Part shown: piece after piece, positions 27,761 through 41,065 of the stretch
Layout of the letters: each line of letters opens with the position of its first letter
Numbering within the stretch: position 1 is the first letter of the stretch
Assembly (NCBI GenBank): GCA_964016885.1
Contig: OZ024741.1
Coordinates: 31,620,001 to 31,684,000, forward strand
Origin: Eledone cirrhosa
Taxonomy: Eukaryota
DNA length: 64,000 bases
Reading direction: 5' to 3'
Translations under genes and position numbers: made by a program
Notes under the pieces: generated by a model
Databases searched by the model: none
Told to the model about the DNA's origin: nothing
Seen by the model: the letters and a program-made list of their open reading frames with translations, nothing else

Positions 27761-29916
27761 CTACCCCCCCCGGTCATTATGGGGTTTGAGGGCGAGGTAA
27801 GTCCTACGCAATCTATGTTTACATGCAGTAACCAGTTCATCTTTCTTGTTTAGGAGTTGGTCCGTCGAAAACAGCATTTGTAAAGTTTCCTCCGAGCATA
27901 AATTGCACGGACGGCGTCCTCCCGTGTAAGAGTTGGCTCTGGACAGTAATCTCCAAGTGTGATCATAGGTGATGTTGTTGTCCTTGAGGTCCCATATGTG
28001 GCCCGAAAGTGTAGTGGCGTGACGCCGGGCCGGCTTTCGGAAGGTATGTCTATGTTGGTATAGCCGGGTCTTGAAGTCACATGCGGTTAGTCCTATATAA
28101 GCTTTGTTGGAGGTGTCCATCCTCACGTTGCACTGGTAGATCACATTACGGTCTCTGCATCTGTTGTTGAGGGGGCAAATGGATCTATCAGGACAGTTGC
28201 ACCCCCTGGTCGGCTCTCCACTGCTATTTAGGTTATTTCTTCCATCGGGGTTGAGTTTTTTGTTGTTAGAGGAGACGATGTTTTGTGCGAAGTTTGGTGT
28301 AGTGCTGTAAGAGAGTTTGATGGTATTTTTGTTAATTATGTTGTGGTAGCGGTGTTGTAGTGGGAAGTGTTTTTCAATGAGCCTAAAGAATATTTTCCCG
28401 ATGGGAGTTGTCACCTCTGCTTTGTGGGGAGGATTGAACCATGTTACATTGTGTGAGCGGCGGTGTCCCCTGCTGGTTCCGCTAATGGGAGCTGGACAGT
28501 AGGATATTTCCTCCCGGAAACCACTCCGCTTGAGGGCCTGGTTGTAATAAGGCGCATGTTCATCGAATATCCGCTCATTAGCTGACAAGCGGGATATGCG
28601 GAGGGAGATGTTTTTGACCAGGTTGTTGGTGATGTTCCTAGGATGGTTTGATCGGCGGTGGATGTAGTGCAGGTTGTCATTAGGTTTCCTGTATGGGTAG
28701 TACGGGTCGTTTTTGAGGTCGAGGGTAACGTCCAGGAAGTTTACTCGGGTCAAGGACGTTTGTAGCGTTATTTTAAATCCCAGTCGCGGAGGAAGCTGAT
28801 TAATTGTTTCCGGACCCGATCTGTACTACTGGGGTTGTACCCTTTAAGGGTAAGGAGCCCATCATCACGCTACAATCCACCACCGAATGCAGGAAACATA
28901 TCGGTGAGTTTGGCTATTAGGAATAATCCTATAAGATCTGTGACCTCCGCCGAATCCGTAGCGCCCATGCTGACGTCGAAGGGTGAGTCGGGAGCTCTTT
29001 TTATCCATTTGGAGTTGTCAAAGAGTAAGACTGTCTTCCTGGCGTGGAGGATGATTTTTCTTTCCTGGTTGGTGATGGACACAAGTGTTTCGACGAAGTC
29101 CAAGGCAGCAGTAAGTAGCGGTAAGGTAATTGAAGTATAGTAGCTCTCTATGTCGAACTGGATGAATTTAGTGTCTCGTTTATCCTCCATATTGTTGAAC
29201 CATGAGATTACTTCCTGGGTGTTGATCCATAGGCTAAGTCGGGCGTGTTGCTTGACTTTTGGTATCACGCGGTCTAGGATTTTTTTGCTGATTCTCCCTA
29301 TGTCGGACTTCGTTGGGTTAATAAGCCTGATAGAGGGTTTACGGTCAAAATCGGATTTGTGGTCCTTCAGTGTGAAGTAGGGTGTCCGTGGGTCTAGGGG
29401 TTCCGTGCGGTCGGCGACACCGAGGCTGGAGGTAATTTGTTGTCCATCTCGATTTATGTCCTCGATGAATGAATGGTTGGCCTTTTTATAGGTGGAGTTT
29501 AGGCTGCTCCTGATCAGTGTGTGGTATCTGTCAGGGTTGACAAAGTATAGGTTCCCAGTTTTATCCGAATGCACCATGATGTCATTGGTGTTATCATACT
29601 CTGTTAAGTTGCTACGGAGTTTTTGTAGGAATCAGTTGTGTCTGGGTTTGAATTTAATGTTCTTGAGCAGTTGGAAGAGGTCATTCTCGAAGGGTGAGAG
29701 CAAAGGGTTCGGGGTGGGGGGAGATTTGTAGGTAATAAATCCGAATCTCTCCTTGGTGCCGAAGTCCTGGTTGTCGCAATATCTGTCGTAGAAAAAAGTT
29801 CTCCATCTAAGTCTTTTCGCAAATAGATCGATTTTTTGCGTGAGCATCCGAAGGTAAAGTTTATTCGGTGGGATTGGGATGTTCTTGGTAGAGAAGTCGA
29901 TGTTGTGTTTTCGCAT
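27761..29916 (-). pseudogene. PLE RT + GIY-YIG ORF with two stops and one frameshift
   Basis: SDKTGNLY, TLKDHK, FDIESYYTSI, GL*RDDGL (TAG at 28870), CNCPDRSICPLNNRC, YIGLTACDFKTR, CNLC. Confidence 0.92.
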
Positions 29917-30462
29917 GGTGCGGGTGAAAGAAATTGAGCTTAGCGGAAAAGTCTGGATACGGCGTGGTAGGGTCGGAAAGTGCTCTACTACGGGAATATA
30001 CCTCTTAAAAGGGTCCTTTCCTATTCCGTCCCACCTAGTTTATTTACTTATTTTTTTTTTTTTTCATTTTTTTTATTTCTTTATTTCTTTATTTCTTTAT
30101 TTCTTTCTTTCTTTATTTATTTATTTATCTAGCCTAGCAATAGCTAGAGACTTAGGTCGTAGAAATTGCTTATATTTTTTTCTTTGCATTTATTCGCTTT
30201 TTATCACTCTCAGTATTTTTTTTTTTTTACCTTTCATTGTTCTACCTACCGTTTCGACTTCCTCCCCCTCCCTAGTATCTTCTTTGACCTCATGCCCAGC
30301 TGTAGCCGGCACTACCAACGCATGATTGGGTCTACTCCACCCCTCCCCTGTTTCTCCTACTGGCAGGTTTAGCCACCCTCTCCCCCACTAATTTGCCATC
30401 ACAGAATTACTACTAACTTGTGACCAATCCTTGTGACAATCACTTTGACCATATATGGAATT

Positions 30463-30556
30463 ATCCCTTGAGAAGCTCGGCTATTTATATACCAGGATAA
30501 ATTTTCATTTAGTCCAGAATTAGCCGTCGAAACGGCTTGAGCTCAGCCGTCGGGGT
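30463..30556 (+). ncRNA. HHR with U3-A8 core in the inverted pLTR (family C)
   Basis: atccc-TTGAGAA-gctcggcta..tagccgtc-GAAA-cggct(tgagctc)agccg-TC-ggggt; cleavage predicted after 30551. Confidence 0.7.
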
Positions 30557-30703
30557 CTTACTGGTTCCTATTACCCACTCTACTACCCTAAGTATTGAGT
30601 ACTTTGGTGCGTTATGGTCCAAATGGTTCCTTACCACATTTCCTTCGTTATATAATGTATATATATATATAAATATATACGGGGAGTACCAAAGAGAATC
30701 ATC

Positions 30704-30762
<59 letters not shown>

Positions 30763-30849
30763 AACCAGTAAGACCCCGACAGCTGAGCTCAAGTATTGAG
30801 TACTTTGGTGCGTTATGGTCCACCTGGTTCCTTACCACATTTCCTTCGT

Positions 30850-30887
<38 letters not shown>

Positions 30888-30920
30888 TATATAATTATAT
30901 ATATATATAAATATTATATA

Positions 30921-31026
30921 TACAAGATGTCCTCAAAAATGTATATACACAGTTTGATTACCTGTACATGCAATATTTACTAGAATGCTGTTGAAGTGCG
31001 TATACATTTTTTTGTTACACCCTGTA
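30921..31026. mobile_element. Tc1/mariner-type MITE, degenerate
   Basis: TA-flanked imperfect TIRs tacaagatgtcctcaaaaatgtata / tatacatttttttgttacaccctgta. Confidence 0.6.
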
Positions 31027-31223
31027 TATATATATATATGTTTGTCTGTGTGTGTAAGTGTGTATATACACACGCACACACACACACAAATACACACATA
31101 TATATATAGAGAGAGAGAGTGTGAGAGAGTTGTATGTTATTTTTTCATTTTGTCTTATTAAAACTTATTTTTTGGCATGATATATATTATGTTCTGCATT
31201 TCATATTTAAATCTCTTTTATAT

Positions 31224-31296
<73 letters not shown>

Positions 31297-31381
31297 GGAA
31301 AATTTGAACAGGAACAAAACAGAGAGGCAGTACAACGAATGTTTATTAATTTCACCCTCTTGAGAGTGGGGTGGTGGTGGG

Positions 31382-31416
31382 GAACGACGTTTCGGGCATA
31401 AGCCCTTCTTCAGGTG
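31382..31416 (-). ncRNA. Minimal HHR at the end of a probable truncated PLE 3' UTR (about 31295-32000)
   Basis: ac-CTGAAGA-agggc-ttat-gccc-GAAA-cg-TC-gt, the classic minimal PLE motif. Confidence 0.8.
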
Positions 31417-31997
31417 AAAAGTGTGTGGGAAGAGAGTTCAAAGGGTGTGTAGGGGAGTGGTGGAGAGACATATAGCGAAAAGGGGGTGGGAGGAAACGGT
31501 GCGAATGAAATTAAAAATAAAAGCATGATCAAAATAAAATTAAAATGGGGTAAAACAGGTGGTGGAAGGGTGTGGAGCGTGTAGGGGTGGTGGCGGGTGG
31601 AGTGGGGAGAGGGAGACGGGGTTCCGAGCGGGGAGGGCTGAAGGTGGTGTGTTTGTGTAGGTGTACGTGTGTGTGTATGTGAAAGCAAGGGTTGGGGAGG
31701 ACGGGGTTGCATGTTCAGGAAGAGGTGTGTGTGGGGTGGGGTGTAGGTCGGAGTGTGTGTGCGTGTGTGGATAGAGGGGTGGAGGGAGAGGAATCCGGAG
31801 GCTGAATGTGTAAATATGTAGTGGAACGCACGTGTGTGTGGGGTTTAAGTGTGTTGTGGGTGTAGGTGGCGTGTGGGAAAAAAATGTTTTTGGGTGTGTG
31901 TGTGGGTGAGTCAAAAAGGTGATTCCGTAAGAAGATGTGGTGGAATGGTTAGTAAAATCCTAGGATGGTAGTTGATTCCGCGGTCAAGGTCCACATA

Positions 31998-32042
<45 letters not shown>

Positions 32043-32061
32043 GATACACACGCACACACTG

Positions 32062-32092
<31 letters not shown>

Positions 32093-32180
32093 CATATATT
32101 CGTCCTAAAAATTATATATACATATATATATAAAATATATATATATTACATATATGCATACATGCAAATACATACATATA

Positions 32181-32328
32181 TTTTCATTTAGTCCATAATT
32201 AGCCGTCGAAACGGCTTGAGCTCAGCCGTTGGGGTCTTACTGGTTCCTATTACCCACTCTACTACCCTAAGTATTGAGTACTTTGGTGCGTTATGGTCCA
32301 CCTGGTTCCTTACCACATTTCCTTCGTT
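32181..32328 (+). mobile_element. Family C pLTR fragment (HHR 3' half + tail)
   Basis: Matches 30502-30649; another rearranged piece at 30760-30850. Confidence 0.8.
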
Positions 32329-32636
32329 ATATAAATATATATATGTTATATATATTTATATTATATATATACATATATTAAGTATATATATACGTGTGTG
32401 TGTGTGTGTATGCATATGTATGCCTGTGTGATTGTGCATGTGTATGTATTTATAAACTCGGTCACTTTCTTCCAATCTTCTGTGTGAACGAGATATTATA
32501 ATTTTTGCATGCCACATCCAATCTATTTTTGATCACAAATCTCTATTGTTGTTATTTTTATTACTATGGACATTTTTATTGTTTCTGTGTTGAGTTGTAT
32601 TTTACTTCTATTTAATAATAAACATGCCAAATGCTA

Positions 32637-32925
32637 TCTTTGCCTTTTATCCTTACGGGGTCGATAAAATAAAGTACCAGTAATGAACTGGTAATTGCTG
32701 GCCTTGTTCCTAACGTAGAAACAATTATATTTATATTCAGTGGATTGGCAGTATCAGTAGAGAGTCGGACGCCATGCTTTCCAGGATAGTTACGTCCCTT
32801 TACGGTCTCAGTTCAAATCCCGCCGAGGTTTACTTTGCCTTTCATCCTTACGGGGTCGATAAAATAAAGTACCAGTAATGCACTGGGTAATTGGTGGTCT
32901 TGTGCCTAAAGTAGAAACAATTATA
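32637..32925 (+). mobile_element. tRNA-derived SINE, one partial plus one near-full copy in tandem
   Basis: Same family as 25250-25437. Confidence 0.8.
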
Positions 32926-33284
32926 TTTATATTTTACATATATCTTTATATTATCATTTCTTCTACTTCTGTTTCTCTATATATGGTTATAGAAGCATAC
33001 ACTATCGTAGTCACACACGCACACACGTATATACTTATATTTATATATATTTATTTATATAATCGAAGAAATTAAAGAAAGAGAAGCAAACCGTTAAAAT
33101 ATATTTATAAGGAGCTCTTACACATGTTACGCCCAAGTTGAGCTCCTCGGAGGCTCAGAAGAAAGTAAAGGGATTAATTAGGAACCCTGAATGGGTATGA
33201 ATACGATTTTAACATCGAAATTCATATCTCGTTGTTACAGAGTAAGCTGGTGTTTATATATATATATATATATATATATAAATA

Positions 33285-33822
33285 TTCATTCGGAGTGAAT
33301 AGGAGATCTTGAGGGAGATCGTAATGGCCATTGAAGAGATTGTAAGCCAAAATGAAATCGCCTCGTAGCCGTCGACGCACCAAGGAGATGAGGTTCAGCT
33401 TCTGCAGCCGGCTTTTGTAGGGCAGCTCATGAAGACCCTGTACCATTCGAGTCGCTAGTCGTTGAACTCTCTCCAAGTGATGGATATCCCGGATGAGATA
33501 TGGGTTTGAGGCTTGGATGCCATATTCTAGGTGCGGTCTCACTAGGGCGACATAGAGAATCCTGAACATTTCTGGAGTGAGATTGGTAAAGGAGCGTCGA
33601 ATAAGAAAAAGAGAGTTCCTTGCCTTGTTTACAGCTTGAATGTAATGTTTTGATGGTTTGAAGGACCAGCAAACCAAGATTTTTAGTCTCCTCAACCTCC
33701 TGCAAAGGAGCAGTGCCACCGTATGAGGTGTACCCACTGCCATATAGCAACACTTATCGACATTGAGGTATAAATCCCAATCAATGGACCAACTCCAGGC
33801 GCGCTGGAGGCTGGACTTGAGA
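33285..33822 (-). pseudogene. CR1-type LINE RT C-terminal fragment
   Basis: LYVALVRPHLEY..LERVQRLATRMV..L.L.SL.RRRLRGD. Confidence 0.85.
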
Positions 33823-34414
33823 CATATATATATATCTAAAATAAACACATGAAACAATCACAGGGGATAATTTGTAAAGTGTGTAAGCACACACATCACA
33901 ACAACGAACCTCTTTACTACTACTACAGACACACACACACACACACATATTTGTTGTGAAAGACTTATTTCTCAGTCAGCCGACACAAACCTACATTTGG
34001 CACAAAATCAATTTTTTTACATTCACATGATCTTTACCGACCAATCAAAATTGTTTTGACCACAAGAATTTTTGCAACACGAATTGGTGCAAAACTTATT
34101 TCAATACCGCTGGAGCCACTTTTTTAACATAAAAACAGGTAAAATTCCCAAAACTAATCAGATCAGAGCAAACATCACAGACGCTCTATCTCAAAATTAC
34201 TTTCGAAAAGCATTAGAAATGCGCAACCGGTAAAACTTAAAACCAAAACTGAATACTAACCAATACTATTACTAATTCTCACTTATTCCTAATTAAACTA
34301 TTTTTCACTGTGAACAATTTGTCAGCATTTTCTATTCCGTTTACCAATATATAATAACTTGTGTGTTACACCTCTATTCTTTTAAATATAATATCCTCAC
34401 ACGAGGTACAGAAA

Positions 34415-35686
34415 ATGCCAACAAAAACGGATACAACTCTCATCAACACAAATGAAGAGATTCTACAGGAACTCAAGAAAATTAACACCAACCTATCTGT
34501 GCTGGTCGACAAACTTGATTCCACAAATAAGGAAACCGTCACCGGATACAAACCCTCCGAAATCGGGGATAAACTCCAAAACCTTTGCGATACTATCCAA
34601 ACTATGTTCACTACTACCAACCCAGGAAAAACCAACGAAGAACCATGTGAGATTGATTCATACAAAATGAAAATTCGAACAATTTCAAAATGGAACAAAT
34701 CCCTCAGAGACAGAACGTTCTCATTCTGGAAGATGATACAAAATCACAACAAAGCGGAGATATATGAAAAATGGCTTAACTCAATCCCTCTAACTCTCCC
34801 CCGTAAAATACAAATAAAGTCCATTCTAAATGAATCCGAACCTCAAAGACACCTTAGGGAAAGAATGGCATTGGAAAAAATGAAGACAGAAATTGAACTT
34901 CTTAAACTGAGGGCCCAGACAAATGAGGAAAAAATCAAAACCATCGATGAAGAGATCCTCCTGGAAATCAACAATAAAACTGAAGGCCCCAAGGTAGAGA
35001 AGATCTCCAAATTATGGAAAGGGGACAGAGAAGAACTGAAATCCCTTCAACGCTGGGAAAAATGTGCCGCTTGGTTCCTACACTATGAATCGACTTTTCA
35101 AACGGATTACACCTCCAATAGCCCGTTCATAAAAATAGAAAAACCCATCACTGAACCGCACAACAACTTCGCAAACCCCCAAGCCACTGACAAACGAAGA
35201 AGGAAGCACCACACCGAAGATGAACTTCCCAACCTCGCTACCATAAGAAGGAACAAAAACCCTAGAAATCATCTCCCCCAGAATGACATTTACAACTTTC
35301 CCCCTTCAAGGAGACACCATACCAAATCACTCAACTACTACGCGGATGCCTCATCGTCAAACATAGGTAAAAGATACCACCACCATGATAGATGTAACAA
35401 CTTCCCCGCTTCAAGTGGACAGCAAGGTAATTTCCATTTTCTCAACTCTCGCTTCCACAATACACAAAAAACCCACACCACACGATACAACCAACAACGT
35501 AGGCCACCTATAACACCACAATCCAACATGGCACATAGAAACACACACCCATACTCGCAGTACAGGAATACCCATTCAATCTACAACCACCAACCCGAAC
35601 CACATTTTACAACAACAAGGAATATAACAAACACAGGAGACCACTTAACATCAGCAGACAACCCCTCTACCCCAACCATTTTTTAG
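34415..35686 (+). CDS. PLE upstream ORF (predicted coiled-coil N-terminus, low-complexity C-terminus)
   Basis: Open ~423 codons from the first ATG, directly after the 5' pLTR; function inferred from position only. Confidence 0.6.
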   Translation: MPTKTDTTLINTNEEILQELKKINTNLSVLVDKLDSTNKETVTGYKPSEIGDKLQNLCDTIQTMFTTTNPGKTNEEPCEIDSYKMKIRTISKWNKSLRDRTFSFWKMIQNHNKAEIYEKWLNSIPLTLPRKIQIKSILNESEPQRHLRERMALEKMKTEIELLKLRAQTNEEKIKTIDEEILLEINNKTEGPKVEKISKLWKGDREELKSLQRWEKCAAWFLHYESTFQTDYTSNSPFIKIEKPITEPHNNFANPQATDKRRRKHHTEDELPNLATIRRNKNPRNHLPQNDIYNFPPSRRHHTKSLNYYADASSSNIGKRYHHHDRCNNFPASSGQQGNFHFLNSRFHNTQKTHTTRYNQQRRPPITPQSNMAHRNTHPYSQYRNTHSIYNHQPEPHFTTTRNITNTGDHLTSADNPSTPTIF

Positions 35687-38000
35687 ACACAGCACACAGA
35701 TACAGGCAAACAAAATAACACAAGACAGGGAGGAGAAACCGATAGTAATAAAAATTATCAATCTTACTAGTGCACAACCAACACCCAACCTTATCAACTT
35801 ACTCTCCAAAGGTCTTAAATTCACACCGACCCCACTACGTCCTAACTACTATGAAATGAAGGAAGACATCACAGACTTCTGTAGAAAGATACGACTTAGT
35901 GAAGAACTATTCGACCAGTACAATGAGGATGAATCATTAGCCAGAAATAGAAGCAATTACACCCCATCAAAAGGTAGAAATAAAATCCTGGACGAATTCT
36001 GTGAACACATCACAAACTTCCCTTACCAACACTTGCACAGACAAAAACACAAGCAAACCTCAACAAGAAAGAATGGGAAGAATTAAATAGATTAAAAACC
36101 GACAGAACCATTACAATTAAAGAGGCTGATAAAGAGAGTACAGTAGTCCTAATGGAAACAGAAATCTATATCAACTTAGAGCTCTCCACTTTAGAAAACG
36201 AAACATACTACGAAAAGGCTGAACACTACAATCAACAGAACATTATTAGAAACCTAAAAACTCTGATCAACCAATAAAAAGAAGGACTCACTAACAAGGA
36301 AGTCAGCTTCATCACAGACTTCACAAGTAAATCCAGCCTTTTCTACGGTATCCCTAAAGGACATAAAAGCGAATTAATAAGTAAGGCATGTAAGGAAGCC
36401 ACAGACATAGTCATCAATGTCCCCTCACCCAATGATCTCAAATTAAGACCTATAATAGCAGGCCCCGCTTGCGAAACCCACCGCCTTATCAACTTCATTG
36501 ATACCCTTCTCAAGCCTTTTCTCAAACACATCAAAAGCTATATAAGGGACGGCCTAGATATGCTCAATCACCTCCCTAATATGCCACTTTCTGAACAAAC
36601 CCTACTAGTGACGTTCGATGTAGTCAACCTATACTCCAACATCCCCCACAACCTAGGAATAGAAGCTATCCAATTCTGGCTGGATAATTACCACAATGAA
36701 CTCCCACAACGCATCAAAAAATAATTCGTGATAGAGGGACTCAAATTTATCTTGGAGAACAATTACTTCGTTTTCAATAACAAACCCTACAGGCAGAAAT
36801 TTGGGACCGCTATGGGAACGAAAACAGCCCCCACTTATGCCAACCTAGTCATGGGATACCTGGAAATCACCCTCTACACTAAAGTCCTAAACAAATTTGG
36901 AAACACTCTCCACTTACACATAGAAAGGAACTGGAAGCGATATCTAGATGACTCCTTCATCCTTTGGCACGAAAACATCGAGAAACTTAAAGAATTTCAC
37001 ATCCTTATAAATGGGCTCAACACGAATATTAACTTCACGATGGAATACAGCCATCAACAACTCCCCTTCCTCGACATCCTCATTAAGATCCAGAACAAAA
37101 AATAGAAACAGACATATACTACAAGCCCACAGACTCCAAGCAATATCTTCCTTTCAACTCTTGCCACCCTAGACACGTTAAAATTAATATTCCCTACAAC
37201 TTAGCCAAGCGGATCTGTACTATAGTCTCCACTAAAAACACCTGCTCTTACGGCTACAAGAACTAAAGGACACACTCATAGGCAGGGACTACCCTACATC
37301 ACTAATTGACAATGGAATCCAACGTGCCCTAAAACTCAGTACCCAGGACCTTAGACACCCGAAAGTAAATCAACCGAAACTAAAAGTTCTTCCATACATC
37401 TCCACACACAACCCCCTCAACAATGAGGCCTTTGACACCATCCTCCAGAACATCCCTGTGTTGAAAAAGGACCATAGAATGAACCAACTCCTACGAACAC
37501 ACGATATCATAAAGAGCAAAAGACAATCTAAGTCAATGAAAAACATCCTAACACATGCCAAAGTACTGCCAACCACAACAACGAAACCCACAGTAACAAA
37601 ATGCGATAGACCCAACTGTGGCATGTGCATCAACCTAATAGAGGGTTCGGAATTCTATTTCAAAGAAGGACAACGTTTTATAGTAAAACACAATTTCACA
37701 TGCGCATCAGAAAATCTAATATATGTATTAACTTGCTCAGGTTGTTGAGAACAATACATAGGCCAGACCAAAAACAGCCTCCGCCAACGCATGACTGTCC
37801 ATAGATCCCAAATTAAAATACGGGAATATAGGAAAATACCACTGAGTGACCACATTGATACCTGTGCCGCTCCAAATCATCCCAACTTCAGAATCTTTCC
37901 CCTCAACAAATTTAAAGATAATGGCACCCACACCCAGCGCATCAGCAAGGAATCTTACTTTATTAACAAATACCGACCCCGTGTAAACACTTCTCCCTAA
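35682..38000 (+). pseudogene. PLE RT + GIY-YIG, several stops and frameshifts
   Basis: IINLT..LLSKGLKFTPTP, KEADK, FDVVNLYSNIPH, GTAMGTKTAPTYANL, WKRYLDD, NLIYVLTC..YIGQT..LRQRMTVH. Confidence 0.92.
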
Positions 38001-38700
38001 GACGAACCCACAACATACACACGTCAACATAAATACCTACATCAGCACACATCTCTACCCACATATAAACACAATGACATACGTAAACATACATGTTCTA
38101 TGGTGCAACATAAATATACACAAATTTGCATACCTTTTGATGTCTATAGATATAAACGTGCCGACACACACATACATAAACGCACACATGCATTGCACAC
38201 TGATGGGCACATACATATTTGTGCCCAGGTATTCCAATACGGCAAAGCCTAATGAATTCCCCTTGCAGTACGTACAATCTGGACACACTCCAGATACATA
38301 TTTGTACACAGGTATACAATTTCTGGACACATTCCAGATACATGTGTACAATTTGTGCACAAGTGTACAACTTGTGCACAGGCATACAATTTCTGGACAC
38401 ACTCCAGATACATCTTTTTGCACAGGTATTCCAATACGGCAAGGCCTAATGGATCCCCCTTGCAGTACGTACAATCTGGACACACACACACACTCACACA
38501 CACCTTGGTATTATGCCAATACTATATATCATTTAACACCTTTTATTATTAAGGTTTTTGATGTTATATTGAGAGAATCGATTTTACTGAAAATATCGAA
38601 TAATGTACACCATTTTACCAGAAAAAAATACCGGTCCACCCACCCACACACACACACACACACATTCACACACACACACACACATACACACACACACATT

Positions 38701-38732
<32 letters not shown>

Positions 38733-38900
38733 CACACACACATACACACGCGTACATTAACGTACAAAGAGACATACACACACACACACACTACTCCATA
38801 TAAGACAAGAGCTGAAAAATATCTTTTAACATGTTAAAATATCCCCCACACACTTACAGACACATTCCTACTGACCATCCCTCTACCACGAATTACTCGG

Positions 38901-38943
<43 letters not shown>

Positions 38944-39507
38944 TCTTAATAGGCATTTGAACTGTCAACAGGCTGCGGTTCGCACACACATCCCTGCTGA
39001 CCATTATCACAACAACGAACCTCTTTACTACTACTACACACACACACACACACACACATATTTGTTGTGAAAGACTTATTTCTCAGTCAGCCGACACAAA
39101 CCTACATTTGGCACAAAATCAATTTTTTACATTCACATGACCTTTACCGACCAATCAAAATTGTTTTGACCACAAGAATTTTTGCAACACGAATTGGCGC
39201 AAAACTTATTTTCATACCGCTGGAGCCACTTTTTTAACATAAAAACAGGTAGAATTCCCAAAACTAATCAGATCAGAGCAAACATCACGGACGCTCTATC
39301 TCAAGATTATTTTCGAAAAGCATTAGAAATGCGCAACCGGTAAAACTTAAAACCAAAACTGAATACTAACCAATACTATTACTAATTCTCACTTATTCCT
39401 AATTAAACTATTTTTCACTGTGAACAATTTGTCAGCATTTTCTATTCCGTTTACCAATATATATATACATATATATATATTTTTGGAAACTCTGCTTCGT
39501 AGAATCG

Positions 39508-39604
39508 AGACATATCTGAGGATCTTGCAATTTCAGAGTCAGGTTTGATCATTACATTGATCGTGCTTCGAGCTGGTCGCCAGAGAAAAGATTGTAATAT
39601 GTCT
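39508..39604 (+). ncRNA. Type I HHR with enlarged stem II (family D, copy 2)
   Basis: agacatat-CTGAGGA-tct..aga-GAAA-agattg-TA-atatgtct; stem III has a mismatch. Confidence 0.7.
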
Positions 39605-39660
39605 AATAAATCTTATTCGTCGCACCACTGATTCTCCGTTTCTTATGTGATATATATATA

Positions 39661-39838
39661 TAGACCCCGACGGCAGAACTCAAGCCGTTTCGACCGCTCT
39701 TTCTGAAATAGCCGTCGAAAAGGCTTGAGCTCTGCCGTCGGGGTGTTGAACATTTTCCTATTACCCACTCTATTACCCTAAGTATTGAGTACTCTGGTGC
39801 ATTATGGTCCACCTGGTTCCTTACCACACTTCCTTCTT
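39661..39838. mobile_element. Family C fold-back plus tail
   Basis: ccccgacggcagaactcaagcc / ggcttgagctctgccgtcgggg arms. Confidence 0.8.
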
Positions 39839-40241
39839 TATATATATATATGTATATTGTTGTTGATGATAGTAGATGAAGTATATAAGCTGATATATAG
39901 TATAAATAAGTTTCCTACACTTAACATGTATGTGTGGCCACTAGTTTTGGGGTCCAGTTATGGCCACCTTGAATAGTTAGTGGAGCTGGCTCTTCCAACA
40001 TTGCCTTTCATTGGACATGCAGACATAAATATGATAAAGGAAATTCCTATAATTGACTAAACATTCGACTATACAGTGATGGACAAACTGGACCCTGAAA
40101 CCAATGGTCGCCCATACACGTTAAGTGAATGAAACTGATATATATATATATATATATATCTTTAGGTTTGTTGGTTCACCACTGGATAGAACTGGTCATT
40201 CCGTACATTTGTGTAGTTGGTGGTGCGAATACGGAGTTAAT

Positions 40242-40440
40242 TATAAATAAAATAAAATAAAAGGAAGCTGGACTGGTGTAAATCCTTGAAAGGTTTATTA
40301 TTTTTTACATATTCCTTTGTTATATTCCAATACCTGATGATATCATCGGATTCATATGGAACTCGGTCATTGAAATGATCATAGTATAATAAACCTTTCA
40401 AGGATTTACACCAGTCAGCCTCCTGTTATTTTATTTATAT
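40242..40440. repeat. Inverted repeat enclosing a decayed HHR-like core
   Basis: gactggtgtaaatccttgaaaggtttatta / taataaacctttcaaggatttacaccagtc; CTGATGA..GGAActcggTC in the loop. Confidence 0.75.
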
Positions 40441-40946
40441 ATATATATATATATATAATAAGAAGTTGACGGACCAGGCGTATTTAACAATGCCAGGGCC
40501 AGTTGTATTTCAGCGTACTCAGTAGATAATGTAGAATACATTCCAGAGTATACACATAGTTATTCGCTTCAACACAACACACGTAAACGGGTGTCTGTAT
40601 TAGTTCAGGGACTCGAGTTTCGGCCACACTTAATGCAGCAATAGGGTGCACTGCACCCTCTGTCTGCATATTTTATGCAACAATGCATAATCGGCGCATG
40701 TGGGTTCGTCAGCGGGTATTGCCTAATCAATAACCAATCGATCGAGAGAGTTCAACCGCAGTCCATGCCGGCTTGACTATATGACAGGAAAGTGAGTAGC
40801 AACTGGAATCTAATATATATATATGTATATATAGTGTATTTTGCAATACACTGTATGCTTAATTAAAAGCATGTTGAAGACCTTACGCTATTGTTTTAAA
40901 GTAGTGACTATGTCACTTACTTCTATTTTCAGCAAACAAGGGGAGA

Positions 40947-40994
40947 TAAGCTGATAGAGCTCTGTTTCGTACTGTTGGTACTTATCAAAGCCTA
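40947..40994 (-). ncRNA. HHR U3-A8 variant, left arm (AUC site, stem III mismatch)
   Basis: Mirror of 41066-41113. Confidence 0.7.
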
Positions 40995-41065
40995 GCACTT
41001 CCTCATTATTATTGGAATTCTATAAGAATCCAACATTCATAATTTTCAGCAGTCAGGAGGAGTGC

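Larger units (their letters stand above)
26494..30649 (-). mobile_element. Near full-length CxC-type PLE with inverted pLTRs
   Basis: 26494-27085 is the inverted repeat of 29997-30570; the right copy has an extra ~79-bp tail (30571-30649); both ends lie in (TA)n. Confidence 0.92.
33895..39463 (+). mobile_element. Decayed full-length PLE (Neptune-like, tentative) with direct ~458-bp pLTRs
   Basis: 33895-34353 repeats at 39006-39463; RT and GIY-YIG remnants lie between them. Confidence 0.9.

Noticed and set aside
29632-29634. In-frame TGA as recoding
   Set aside because: Not an apparent Cys position; the same ORF has TAG in YRDD and a frameshift, so it is decay.
37746-37748. In-frame TGA next to a Cys as selenocysteine (as in some Naiad PLEs)
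   Set aside because: It follows the intact CxxC at a position better explained by GGA>TGA; the ORF has other lesions and I saw no SECIS.
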